Below, piece by piece: positions 1 through 8,618 of a stretch of DNA of 64,000 bases (positions within the stretch are counted from its first letter, which is position 1; each line of letters opens with the position of its first letter). Both the position numbers and the translations under genes were made by a program. The stretch comes from Alphaproteobacteria bacterium (lineage in GTDB: Bacteria > Pseudomonadota > Alphaproteobacteria > UBA828), in the NCBI GenBank assembly GCA_963422645.2, contig CAXXVO010000017.1:128001-192000 (forward strand), read 5' to 3'. The notes below the pieces were generated by a model that saw nothing but the letters and a program-made list of their open reading frames with translations, was not told the origin of the DNA and did not search any database.

Positions 1-842
1 TGATCGGCCGGCTTCGCGGCTGGCGTGCGGCCCTTGCCGAGACACCGCACGCCGAGGTCGTAGGCAGGATGCTCGACGAATCCGGCTACACTGAGATGTG
101 GCAGAAGGACCGCTCGCCCGCCGCCCCCGGCCGGCTCGAGAACTTGCGGGAGCTGGTCGGCGCGCTCTCCGAATTCGAGGACCTCGCAGCCTTCCTCGAC
201 CACGTGAGCCTGATCATGGACCGCGAAGGCGAGGCGGGCGAGGAGATGGTCAACATCATGACGCTCCACGGCGCCAAGGGCCTGGAGTTCGGCACCGTGT
301 TCCTGCCCGGGTGGGAGGAAGGGCTGTTCCCGCACCAGCTCGCGCTCGACGAGTCCGGCCACGCCGGCCTGGAGGAGGAGCGGCGCCTGGCCTACGTCGG
401 GCTCACCCGCGCCCGCCGCCGCGCCCACGTCCTCTTCGCGGCGAACCGGCACCGGCACGGACAGTGGGTGAGCGCGATCCCTTCGCGCTTCGTCGACGAG
501 CTCGCGCCGGATCATGTGATGCCCGCCGAAGGCACGGGCATGCAAATGGCGCCCGGCGGGCTCTACCGCGGTCACGGAGGGGCCGGCCCCGCGCGGCGGC
601 TGATGTCCGAGCACGCGGCCTTCCGCAGCCGGCGGACGCCATCGGTCATCGACGCAACGCCCATGCCAGCCGGGGGCGGGGCGGGGTCGGCGGGCTATAG
701 GGCCGGCGATCGCGTCTTTCACCAGAAGTTCGGCTATGGGCGAATTCTGACGGTGGACGGCGACAAGCTGGAGATCGCCTTCGACAAGGCCGGCGCCAAA
801 AAGATCATCGACCGCTTCGTTCAGCCCGCCGACAGCGTCTGA
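1..842 (+). CDS. uvrD: UvrD/PcrA-family ATP-dependent DNA helicase, C-terminal part (5' end outside window)
   Basis: Motifs MTLHGAKGLEF and LEEERRLAYVGLTRA, and C-terminal GDRVFHQKFGYG tudor-like domain; frame open to window start. Confidence 0.9.
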   Translation, partial: IGRLRGWRAALAETPHAEVVGRMLDESGYTEMWQKDRSPAAPGRLENLRELVGALSEFEDLAAFLDHVSLIMDREGEAGEEMVNIMTLHGAKGLEFGTVFLPGWEEGLFPHQLALDESGHAGLEEERRLAYVGLTRARRRAHVLFAANRHRHGQWVSAIPSRFVDELAPDHVMPAEGTGMQMAPGGLYRGHGGAGPARRLMSEHAAFRSRRTPSVIDATPMPAGGGAGSAGYRAGDRVFHQKFGYGRILTVDGDKLEIAFDKAGAKKIIDRFVQPADSV

Positions 843-936
843 AGGTTGTATCCGCCGGACTGACCGTGCAGGCGCTTGCCCGGCCCGTGAGCCCGCGCCA
901 ATATCGCTGGCGCCACCACCGACCGGGATCCGCTCC

Positions 937-2847
937 ATGACCAGCCGCTACGACGATATCTACGCACGCTCGCTTGCCGAGCCCGAGGCCTTCTGGGCCG
1001 AAGCGGCCGAGGGCATCGACTGGGAAAAGCGGTGGGACCGCGTGCTCGACGATTCGCGGCCGCCCTTCAACCGCTGGTTTGTCGGCGCCGAGGTCAATAC
1101 CTGCCACAACGCGCTGGACCGCCACGTGGCCGCCGGCCGGGGCGCGCAGACGGCGCTGATCTACGACAGCCCCGTCACCGGCACCGTGAAGAGCTTCACC
1201 TATGCCGAGCTGCAGGCTCTCGCCGCGCGCTTCGCCGGCGCGCTCTCGGCCGGGGGCGTGGGCCGGGGCGACCGCGTGGTGCTCTACATGCCGATGGTCC
1301 CGGAGGCCGCCATCGCCATGCTGGCCTGCGCACGCATCGGCGCTGTCCATTCCGTGGTGTTCGGCGGCTTCGCGGCGAATGAGCTTGCGACCAGGATCGA
1401 CGACGCCAAGCCCGAGATCGTGGTCTGCGGCTCCTGCGGCATCGAGGGGGACCGCGTCATCGCCTACAAGCCCCTGCTCGATGCCGCGATCGAGCTCGCC
1501 AGCCACAAGCCGGAGCGCTGTATCGTGCTGCAACGGCCCGAGCTGGAGGCGCCGCTCACTGCCGGGCGCGACGAGACCTGGGGGGAGGCGATGGCCGGGG
1601 CGGAGCCGGCGGATTGCGTGCCCGTCGCCGCCACCGATCCGCTCTACATCCTCTACACCTCCGGTACCACGGGCGATCCCAAGGGCATCGTGCGCGACAA
1701 CGGCGGCCACCTGGTGGCACTCAATTGGACCATGAGTGGCGTCTACAACCGGGCGCCAGGCCAGGTGTGGTGGACGGCGTCGGATATCGGCTGGGTGGTC
1801 GGCCACTCCTATATCGTCTACGCACCGCTGATCTATGGCTGCCCGTCGATCCTCTACGAGGGCAAGCCGGTCGGCACGCCGGACGCCGGCGCCTACTGGC
1901 GGGTGATCTCGCAGCACGGCGTGAGCGCCATGTTCACGGCGCCGACCGCGTTTCGCGCAATCAAGCGTGACGACCCCCAAGCGACCCGCCTCGCGGACTA
2001 CGACATCTCCTGTTTCGACACGCTCTATCTTGCCGGTGAACGGACCGACCCCGACACCCTCGCCTGGGCCGAGGGGCATCTTGAGCGACCCGTCTACGAC
2101 CACTGGTGGCAGACCGAATCCGGCTGGCCCATGGGCGCCAACTGTGCCGGCCTCGGCGCCCTGCCGGTGAAGCCCGGCTCGCCGACCAAGGCGGTGCCGG
2201 GCTATCGCATCGAGGTGGTGGACGAGGGAGGTGCGCAGGTGCCAGCGGGCGGCATCGGCGCGATCGTGGTCAAGCTGCCGCTGCCGCCCGGCTTTACGCC
2301 GACGCTCTGGAACAACGACAGACGCTTCGAGGAGGCGTATTTCACGCGCTTCCCCGGCTACTACCTCACCGGCGATGCCGGCGTCGTCGATGAGGACGGC
2401 TATCTCTGGATCATGAGCCGCACCGACGACATCATCAATGTGGCTGGCCACCGTCTCTCCACCGGCGCCATGGAGGAGGTGCTGGCGGCGCACCAGGACG
2501 TGGCGGAATGCGCCGTCGTCGGCGTCGCCGACACGCTGAAGGGGCAGCTCCCATTGGGTTTCGTGGTGCTGAAGGCGGGCGTCAACCGGCCGTCAGACGA
2601 GATCGTGGTCGAGCTCGTGCACATGGTGCGCGAGAGCATCGGCCCGGTCGCCGCCTTCAAGCAGGCCGTGGTGGTGGAGCGGCTGCCCAAGACCCGCTCG
2701 GGCAAGATCCTGCGCGGCACCATGGCGAAAATCGCTGACGGCGAAGAGTTCAAGGCCCCGGCGACCATCGACGACCCGGCGATCCTGGGCGAGATTGCGG
2801 ACGCGGTGCGGCCGATCGGCTACGGCGGCGCGTCGGCTGAAGACTAG
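937..2847 (+). CDS. prpE: Propionyl-CoA synthetase (acetate/propionate-CoA ligase)
   Basis: AMP-binding motifs YILYTSGTTGDPKG, DHWWQTESGW and LPKTRSGKILR; PATIDDP C-terminus typical of PrpE. Confidence 0.85.
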   Translation: MTSRYDDIYARSLAEPEAFWAEAAEGIDWEKRWDRVLDDSRPPFNRWFVGAEVNTCHNALDRHVAAGRGAQTALIYDSPVTGTVKSFTYAELQALAARFAGALSAGGVGRGDRVVLYMPMVPEAAIAMLACARIGAVHSVVFGGFAANELATRIDDAKPEIVVCGSCGIEGDRVIAYKPLLDAAIELASHKPERCIVLQRPELEAPLTAGRDETWGEAMAGAEPADCVPVAATDPLYILYTSGTTGDPKGIVRDNGGHLVALNWTMSGVYNRAPGQVWWTASDIGWVVGHSYIVYAPLIYGCPSILYEGKPVGTPDAGAYWRVISQHGVSAMFTAPTAFRAIKRDDPQATRLADYDISCFDTLYLAGERTDPDTLAWAEGHLERPVYDHWWQTESGWPMGANCAGLGALPVKPGSPTKAVPGYRIEVVDEGGAQVPAGGIGAIVVKLPLPPGFTPTLWNNDRRFEEAYFTRFPGYYLTGDAGVVDEDGYLWIMSRTDDIINVAGHRLSTGAMEEVLAAHQDVAECAVVGVADTLKGQLPLGFVVLKAGVNRPSDEIVVELVHMVRESIGPVAAFKQAVVVERLPKTRSGKILRGTMAKIADGEEFKAPATIDDPAILGEIADAVRPIGYGGASAED

Positions 2848-2982
2848 AGCGTTTTGTCGCTCACGGCAGCCGGCCTCCGGCCGGCGCCTCCGCGTCGCGC
2901 GTCGACGCGCGCGGGCGCGCCGCATTTGCGGCAGGCCGCGGTCGCGGCCTGTCGCGCGTCCGTCAAGAACTGACGCGCTCTA
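2845..2982. repeat. TAGAGC...GCTCTA-bounded intergenic repeat (alphaproteobacterial MITE/REP-like)
   Basis: Terminal inverted TAGAGCG/CGCTCTA; the left ~28 bp recur in reverse complement at 41473-41500. Confidence 0.7.
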
Positions 2983-3543
2983 AGCCCGCTCCGAGGCCGG
3001 CGAGAGAAAGGTGAGCGCGCTTCTGCCGTAGCGGCGCTGGTCTTGCACCGTGAGCGACGCCGGGGGCTCGAAGGGGTCGTCCACCCCCTGCTCGACCACG
3101 ACGGTTGCCTCGGCATGGAGCCAGCCGCCTTCCACCAGCGCGCCCAGCGCCGGTACCGCGAGGCCGGAGCGGTAAGGCGGGTCGAGCAGGGCCAGGTCGC
3201 AAGTCTCGGCCGCCGGCGGCAGGCGGGTCGCGTCGCGAGCAAGGACGGTGGCTCGTGCGCCGCAGCCCAGGGCCTCGATGTTGGCGCGCAGCACCCCGCG
3301 CACGTCGGCTTCGCTTTCGACGGCGGTCAGGGACGCGGCGCCGCGGGAGAGCGCCTCCAGGCCGAGCGCGCCGGTGCCTGCGAACAGATCGACGACATGG
3401 GCGCCTTCGAGGGATCTCGCCATCGCGCCGTGGAGCAGGATGTCGAACAGCGCCTCGCGCACCCGCTCTCCGGTCGGGCGCACCCGCACGCCGGCCGGGG
3501 CCCGCAGCCTGCGGCCGCGCAGGCTACCGCCGACGATCCGCAC
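2980..3543 (-). CDS. rsmD: 16S rRNA m2G966 methyltransferase
   Basis: VRIVGGSLRGRRL start, RPTGERVREALF, DLFAGTGALGLEALSRGA and DPPY. Confidence 0.92.
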   Translation of the reverse strand: MRIVGGSLRGRRLRAPAGVRVRPTGERVREALFDILLHGAMARSLEGAHVVDLFAGTGALGLEALSRGAASLTAVESEADVRGVLRANIEALGCGARATVLARDATRLPPAAETCDLALLDPPYRSGLAVPALGALVEGGWLHAEATVVVEQGVDDPFEPPASLTVQDQRRYGRSALTFLSPASERA

Positions 3544-4303
3544 GCACCGAGCTCCGCTTGCTGCCGAGTTGCTCGCGAAGCACGCGCGGCGGGATTTCGG
3601 CGATCTCCCCGCGCGCAAGCCCGCCCAGTTGGAAGGGCCCGTAGGCCGTGCGGATGAGGCGGTTCACGGACAGGCCGAGATGCGCGAGCACGATGCGGAT
3701 CTCGCGGTAGCGGCCCTCGGTGAGCGCGAGGGTGAGCCAGGCATTCTGCCGGTTTTGGCGGTCGAGGTGAGCTTCGATCGGCCCGTAGCGGACGCCCTCT
3801 ACCGTGATTCCCTGCCCGAGGTCGGCGAGCGCTCTCTCCTCGGGGATGCCGCGCACGCGCACGCGATAGCGCCGCCGCCAGCCCCGCGACGGATGCTCCA
3901 GCTCGCGGGCGAGCGCGCCGTCGTTGGTCAAGAGCAGCAGACCCTCGGAATTGAAATCGAGCCGCCCTATGGAGACGACGTAACCGAGCTGTGTTGTCAC
4001 CTTCTCGAACACGGTCGGGCGGCCTTGCGGGTCGCGGTGGCTGGTGATGAGGCCGGGCGGCTTGTGATAGCGCCACAGCCGGGCAGGCACCGGCGCCGGC
4101 AGGGGCGCGCCATCCACGGTGATGAGGCTGGCGTCATCGACGTTGGTCGCGGGATTCCGCACGATTGCGCCGCCGAGAGCGACCCGGCCGGCGGCGATCA
4201 GCCGCTCGGCGTCGCGGCGTGAGCAGAGCCCGGCCCTGGCGATGCGCTTGGCGATGCGCTCACCGGGTTGGGCCGCGCCCGGCCGCTGGCGCTCAGCTGC
4301 CAT
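3524..4303 (-). CDS. rluB: 23S rRNA pseudouridine synthase (RluB/RsuA family, S4 domain)
   Basis: ERIAKRIARAGLCSRRDAE S4 domain; GRLDFNSEGLLLLTND catalytic motif. Confidence 0.85.
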   Translation of the reverse strand: MAAERQRPGAAQPGERIAKRIARAGLCSRRDAERLIAAGRVALGGAIVRNPATNVDDASLITVDGAPLPAPVPARLWRYHKPPGLITSHRDPQGRPTVFEKVTTQLGYVVSIGRLDFNSEGLLLLTNDGALARELEHPSRGWRRRYRVRVRGIPEERALADLGQGITVEGVRYGPIEAHLDRQNRQNAWLTLALTEGRYREIRIVLAHLGLSVNRLIRTAYGPFQLGGLARGEIAEIPPRVLREQLGSKRSSVRADRRR

Positions 4304-4597
4304 GTCGCTATCTCTCATCGTGAGGGCCGATTATGCCGCGCTTGCGCCCGCGTATGGCGCAAATTGCCGCCTTGGGGCAGTTCATCGTGGCACGAGGTGG
4401 CCCGGCAATCCAGCGAGAGAACGAGCCTAAACCAATTGCGCGAGCCGGGGTCTCGCTCTAGTGTCGGGGTCCGGCTTCGAACCAGCCGGCATCGCCCTCC
4501 GTGTCCGCCCCAGCGGCCGTCATGGCCGGCGGAGGCGGCGCGCCAACAGAGCGGAGTGGGCCGGCAGCAGTGCCGCAATCGAATAGCGGAGGAAGGG

Positions 4598-5269
4598 ATG
4601 TTCCGACGCAAAGGCGGAGATCAGGAAGAGGACGGGCGGGGCCAGGAAGGCGGCGAGGAGCGTCGCGCGCCCACCGTCATCGTCGAAGGAACGCGACGGA
4701 ACGTGCCCAACAAGACCGTCGTATTCCACCCGGATGTGCCGCGCGGCGCGCCCGACCCCGTGCCGGCGGATGCGCCGGGGCGCGTGGAGAGCGACCCCAA
4801 GCGGCTCACCGTCGGTCGGGAGACGACCATCAGCGGCGGCACGGTCCTCGATTGCGAGCGCCTGACCGTCGAAGGCACCGTCGAAGCCACGATGCCCGAC
4901 GGGCGCTTGCTCGAGATCGTCAAGGGCGGCATGTTCAAAGGCACCGTGACGGTGGATAGCGCCGACATCGCAGGCTCGTTCGAGGGCGATCTCAGGGTCA
5001 AGAAGAGGCTCTTCATCAGGGCGTCCGGCCGCGTCAACGGCACGATCCGCTACGGCCAATTCGAAGTCGAGCGGGGCGGGCGAATCGAAGGGAGAGCCCA
5101 GTACGATCCGGCGGATCGCGAAGCCGACCTACAGCCGGTGGCAATGCCGCAAGTCGTCGAGGAACAGGCGGAGGCAAAGGAGGGCTCGGACGGCGGCGGC
5201 GTGCGGCCGAGCGCGAGCCCGATCGAACTCCCCTCCGTGGCTGCGTCCAGCAAGCTGCGCGCCGACTAA
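4598..5269 (+). CDS. Bactofilin / polymer-forming cytoskeletal protein
   Basis: Beta-helical repeats (LTVEGTVEA, ADIAGSFEGDL, IRASGRVNGTIRYGQFEVERGGRIEG) flanked by disordered tails. Confidence 0.8.
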   Translation: MFRRKGGDQEEDGRGQEGGEERRAPTVIVEGTRRNVPNKTVVFHPDVPRGAPDPVPADAPGRVESDPKRLTVGRETTISGGTVLDCERLTVEGTVEATMPDGRLLEIVKGGMFKGTVTVDSADIAGSFEGDLRVKKRLFIRASGRVNGTIRYGQFEVERGGRIEGRAQYDPADREADLQPVAMPQVVEEQAEAKEGSDGGGVRPSASPIELPSVAASSKLRAD

Positions 5270-5277
5270 GGGGCCGA

Positions 5278-5910
5278 TTAAGTGGTCTTGCCCTTGTAGC
5301 GGCAGAGGTCACGCACGACACAGGCTGGGCAGTCCGGCGTCCTTGCCTTGCAGACGTAGCGCCCGTGCAGGATCAGCCAATGATGCGCGTGCTGCTTGAA
5401 GCGCGCGGGCACGATGCGGTTGAGGCCGTCTTCCACCGCACGGGGGGTCTTTCCGGGAGCGAGGCCGCTGCGGTTCGCGAGCCGGAAGATGTGGGTGTCG
5501 ACCGCGATGGTGGGCTCGCCGAAGACCGTGTTGAGCACCACGTTCGCCGTCTTGCGGCCGACCCCGGGGAGCGCCTCGAGCGCCGCCCGGTCGCTCGGCA
5601 CCGCGCTGCCGTGTTTCTCGATCAGAGTCTGGCTTAGCGCGATCACGTTCTTGGCCTTCATGTTGTAGAGGCCGATGGTCTTGATGTGCTCCTTGAGGCG
5701 TGCCTCGCCGAGGGCGAGCATCTCCGCTGGCGTCGCGACCTCGGCGAAGAGCGCCTTGGTCGCCTTGTTGACGCCCTTGTCGGTCGCCTGCGCAGACAGC
5801 ACCACGGCGACGAGCAGCGTGTAGGGATTTCGGTAGTCGAGCTCGGTGGTCGGCGCCTCGATGCGCGCTGCGAGCCGTTCGAAGAATTCGGTGACCGCTG
5901 CCTTTTTCAT
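5278..5910 (-). CDS. nth: Endonuclease III
   Basis: LLVAVVLSAQATD, HhH motif LPGVGRKTANVV, VDTH and C-x6-C-x2-C-x5-C Fe-S motif. Confidence 0.96.
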   Translation of the reverse strand: MKKAAVTEFFERLAARIEAPTTELDYRNPYTLLVAVVLSAQATDKGVNKATKALFAEVATPAEMLALGEARLKEHIKTIGLYNMKAKNVIALSQTLIEKHGSAVPSDRAALEALPGVGRKTANVVLNTVFGEPTIAVDTHIFRLANRSGLAPGKTPRAVEDGLNRIVPARFKQHAHHWLILHGRYVCKARTPDCPACVVRDLCRYKGKTT

Positions 5911-6071
5911 GGCAGACGGAGAGTATCCCGCCAGGCGGGCGGGGCAAGAGGCGAGGGGTCGGGAAAGGAGCCCACGGCGCTTGCGGCCTCCAGAGGGGGC
6001 GGGTAGCCTCTCGCCCGGTTGCCGAGCGCGGGCGTGAGCCGTGCCGCGCGGCGCCCACGAGCCCGGTGCCC

Positions 6072-7433
6072 ATGCAAAAGCTCCTGATCGCGAACCGGGG
6101 CGAAATCGCCTGCCGGATCATGCGAAGCGCGCGGTCGCTCGGCATCGCGACGGTCGCGGTCTATTCGGAGGCCGACGCCGCCGCCCGCCATGTCGCCGAG
6201 GCCGACAAGGCGCTGCCCATCGGCCCGCCGGCAGCCAAGGAGAGCTACCTCGTCGCAGACAAGATCATCGCTGCGGCGCGCGAGAGCGGCGCCGATGCGA
6301 TCCATCCGGGCTATGGCTTCCTCGCCGAGAACCCGGCCTTTGCGCAGGCGGTGGAGGACGCCGGCCTCGTCTGGGTCGGGCCGAGGGCGGAGAGCATCGC
6401 CGCCATGGGCGACAAGGAGCGCGCCCGCACGATCGCCCGCGACACGGGCCTTCCCATCGTCCCCGGCAGCGCGCGGCTCACGGCGGACGATCCCTCCGGC
6501 CTCGAGGAAGCGGCCGAGGCCGTGGGCTTCCCGCTGCTGGTGAAGGCGTCGGCCGGCGGCGGCGGCATCGGGATGCGGCAGGTGGACGATCGGGCCAAGC
6601 TCGCGGACGTCGTCGGCGCCACCCAGACCATGGCCGAGCGCGCGTTCGGCGACGGCACGGTCTACCTGGAGAAGCTGGTGCTCCAGCCGCGCCACGTCGA
6701 GATTCAGGTCTTCGGCCACGGCGACGGACGCGGCTTCCACCTGATGGAGCGCGAATGCTCGGTGCAGCGGCGCTTCCAGAAGATCGTGGAGGAGGCGCCT
6801 TCGCCTGCGGTGGACTCGGCGCTCCGAGCGCGCATGGCGGAGGCGGCGCTGGCCTTGGTGGAGCGGGAGCGCTACCGCGGCGCCGGCACGGTCGAGTTCA
6901 TCCTGGCGCCGGACGGCGAGTTCTACTTTCTGGAGATGAACACGCGCATCCAGGTCGAGCACCCGGCGACGGAGATGATCACAGGGCTCGATCTGGTGGG
7001 GCTACAGCTCCGGCTTGCGCAGGGCGAGGACCTATCGGGGCACTCCGCGCCGGCAGATGGGCCCGACGGCAACGCCATCGAGTGCCGCATTTATGCCGAG
7101 AACCCGGTCAAGAATTTTCTCCCCTCGCCGGGCCTGCTGGAGCGCTTCGCTCCGCCGCCGGAGGGTGACGGCATCCGTCTGGATACCGGCGTGACGGAAG
7201 GCGACCGGATCACGCCCTTCTACGACCCGATGATCGCCAAGCTCGTCGCCCACGGCAGCGCCCGCGACGGCGCCATCGACAGGATGCTGACGGCGCTCGG
7301 CGAATTCCGTATAGAGGGGATCGCTACTAACATCGACTTTCTGCGCCGCGTGATTGACCATGATGCCTTCCGCGCAGGCCATACCCACACCGGCTTCGTG
7401 GACGAGCATCGGTCCGATTTGATGGGCACCTGA
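6072..7433 (+). CDS. Biotin carboxylase subunit (AccC-like; urea carboxylase/acyl-CoA carboxylase type)
   Basis: LLIANRGEIA, IHPGYGFLAEN, KASAGGGGIGM, EMNTRIQVEH and FYDPMIAKL. Confidence 0.9.
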   Translation: MQKLLIANRGEIACRIMRSARSLGIATVAVYSEADAAARHVAEADKALPIGPPAAKESYLVADKIIAAARESGADAIHPGYGFLAENPAFAQAVEDAGLVWVGPRAESIAAMGDKERARTIARDTGLPIVPGSARLTADDPSGLEEAAEAVGFPLLVKASAGGGGIGMRQVDDRAKLADVVGATQTMAERAFGDGTVYLEKLVLQPRHVEIQVFGHGDGRGFHLMERECSVQRRFQKIVEEAPSPAVDSALRARMAEAALALVERERYRGAGTVEFILAPDGEFYFLEMNTRIQVEHPATEMITGLDLVGLQLRLAQGEDLSGHSAPADGPDGNAIECRIYAENPVKNFLPSPGLLERFAPPPEGDGIRLDTGVTEGDRITPFYDPMIAKLVAHGSARDGAIDRMLTALGEFRIEGIATNIDFLRRVIDHDAFRAGHTHTGFVDEHRSDLMGT

Positions 7434-7457
7434 ACGCCCGCCTGAGAAAGCAGCGCC

Positions 7458-8327
7458 ATGATCTACGACGAGCCCAAATTCCTTCCCGGCGGTGACCGCT
7501 ACGTCCTGATCGAGTTTGGCAACGAGATGAATCTCGAGCTGAACTTCATCGCCCAGGGGCTGGCGGCGCACATCGTCGCCGACAAGACCAAGGGCATCGT
7601 CGAGACCGCGCCCTGCTTCGCCTCCATGCTGGTTCACTACGAGCCGCGCGAGATTTCCTACGACGACGTGGTCAAGGAACTGAAGGCGCTGATCGCGAGC
7701 CTCGGCTCCTCCGACGGCATCGAGCTCGACAGCCGGCTCTTCCTCTTCGAGACCATGTATCTCGACCCTTGGACCAGGGAATGCATCGAGGACTACAGCG
7801 AGAAGATCACGCCCAAGGAATACGACCCGGACATGGTGGCGCGGCTCAACGGCCTCGCCGACCGTGACCAGCTCGTCCGCGTCCATTCGAGCTCCGAATA
7901 CTGGGTCGCTTCCCTCGGCTTCTGGCCGGGCCTGCCCTTCCTCCAGCCGCTGGACCCGCGGGCGATGATCACCGTGCCCAAGTACAACCCGCCCCGCACC
8001 TGGACCCCCCGGGGCACGGTCGGCATGGGGGGCTCGGCGAGCGCGATCTATCCGGTCAACACGCCGGGCGGCTATCAGCTTCTCGGCCGCACCCCGGTAC
8101 CGATCTGGGACACGGAGAAGCGCTTCGACGCCTTCGGCGGCGACATCGTGCTCTTCCAGCCGGGCGATCGGATCAAGTTCGTCCCCGTGACCCAGGACGG
8201 CTACGAACAGGCGGCGGCGCGGATTGAAGAGGGCACCTACCTCTACAACGTGGTCGAGTATCAGCGCTTCTCGGTGCACAACTACAGGACCTGGGTCGCG
8301 AAGCTGGACCAGAGCCAACGGTTCTGA
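7458..8327 (+). CDS. Carboxyltransferase / allophanate hydrolase subunit 1 (PxpB / urea-carboxylase CT-like)
   Basis: GDRYVLIEFG, GFWPGLP, KYNPPRTWTP and PGGYQLLGRT motifs. Confidence 0.8.
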   Translation: MIYDEPKFLPGGDRYVLIEFGNEMNLELNFIAQGLAAHIVADKTKGIVETAPCFASMLVHYEPREISYDDVVKELKALIASLGSSDGIELDSRLFLFETMYLDPWTRECIEDYSEKITPKEYDPDMVARLNGLADRDQLVRVHSSSEYWVASLGFWPGLPFLQPLDPRAMITVPKYNPPRTWTPRGTVGMGGSASAIYPVNTPGGYQLLGRTPVPIWDTEKRFDAFGGDIVLFQPGDRIKFVPVTQDGYEQAAARIEEGTYLYNVVEYQRFSVHNYRTWVAKLDQSQRF

Positions 8328-8359
8328 TCGAGGCTCCGGAGGGCGTCGGCGCCGTCACG

Positions 8360-8566
8360 TCACCATCTGCTGTACCGGTCGATCCGTCTCGCGCGCTCAG
8401 CATCGCCGGTCAACCCTGAATCGATATCCGTCCGAGAAAGGCCGATATCGGCAAGGTCGCGGTCGCTGAAGCCAGCGAGCTTGTTCGTGGTCAGGCTGAC
8501 CTCCCGCAAGTTGCGGACACCTCGAAGGATGGCTGCAACGTTCATGGTCTCATCCTCCTCTTCCAT
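8360..8566 (-). CDS. DUF1127 small protein
   Basis: LAGFSDRDLADIGLSRTDI signature; start could be 8545. Confidence 0.8.
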   Translation of the reverse strand: MEEEDETMNVAAILRGVRNLREVSLTTNKLAGFSDRDLADIGLSRTDIDSGLTGDAERARRIDRYSRW

Positions 8567-8618
8567 ATGTTCGCAGGAACAACCAAGCCCACTGCAAGGG
8601 CGGTTCCTCTTGATTTTG

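Noticed and set aside
805-2493. Long antisense or alternative-frame ORFs (also 49287-51707, 57203-59389, 35799-37244 and many more)
   Set aside because: They overlap well-supported genes and lack motifs; expected from stop-codon scarcity at high GC.
4330-4597. Possible riboswitch or ncRNA between rluB and bactofilin
   Set aside because: No recognisable conserved RNA motif; only an isolated GCTCTAG.
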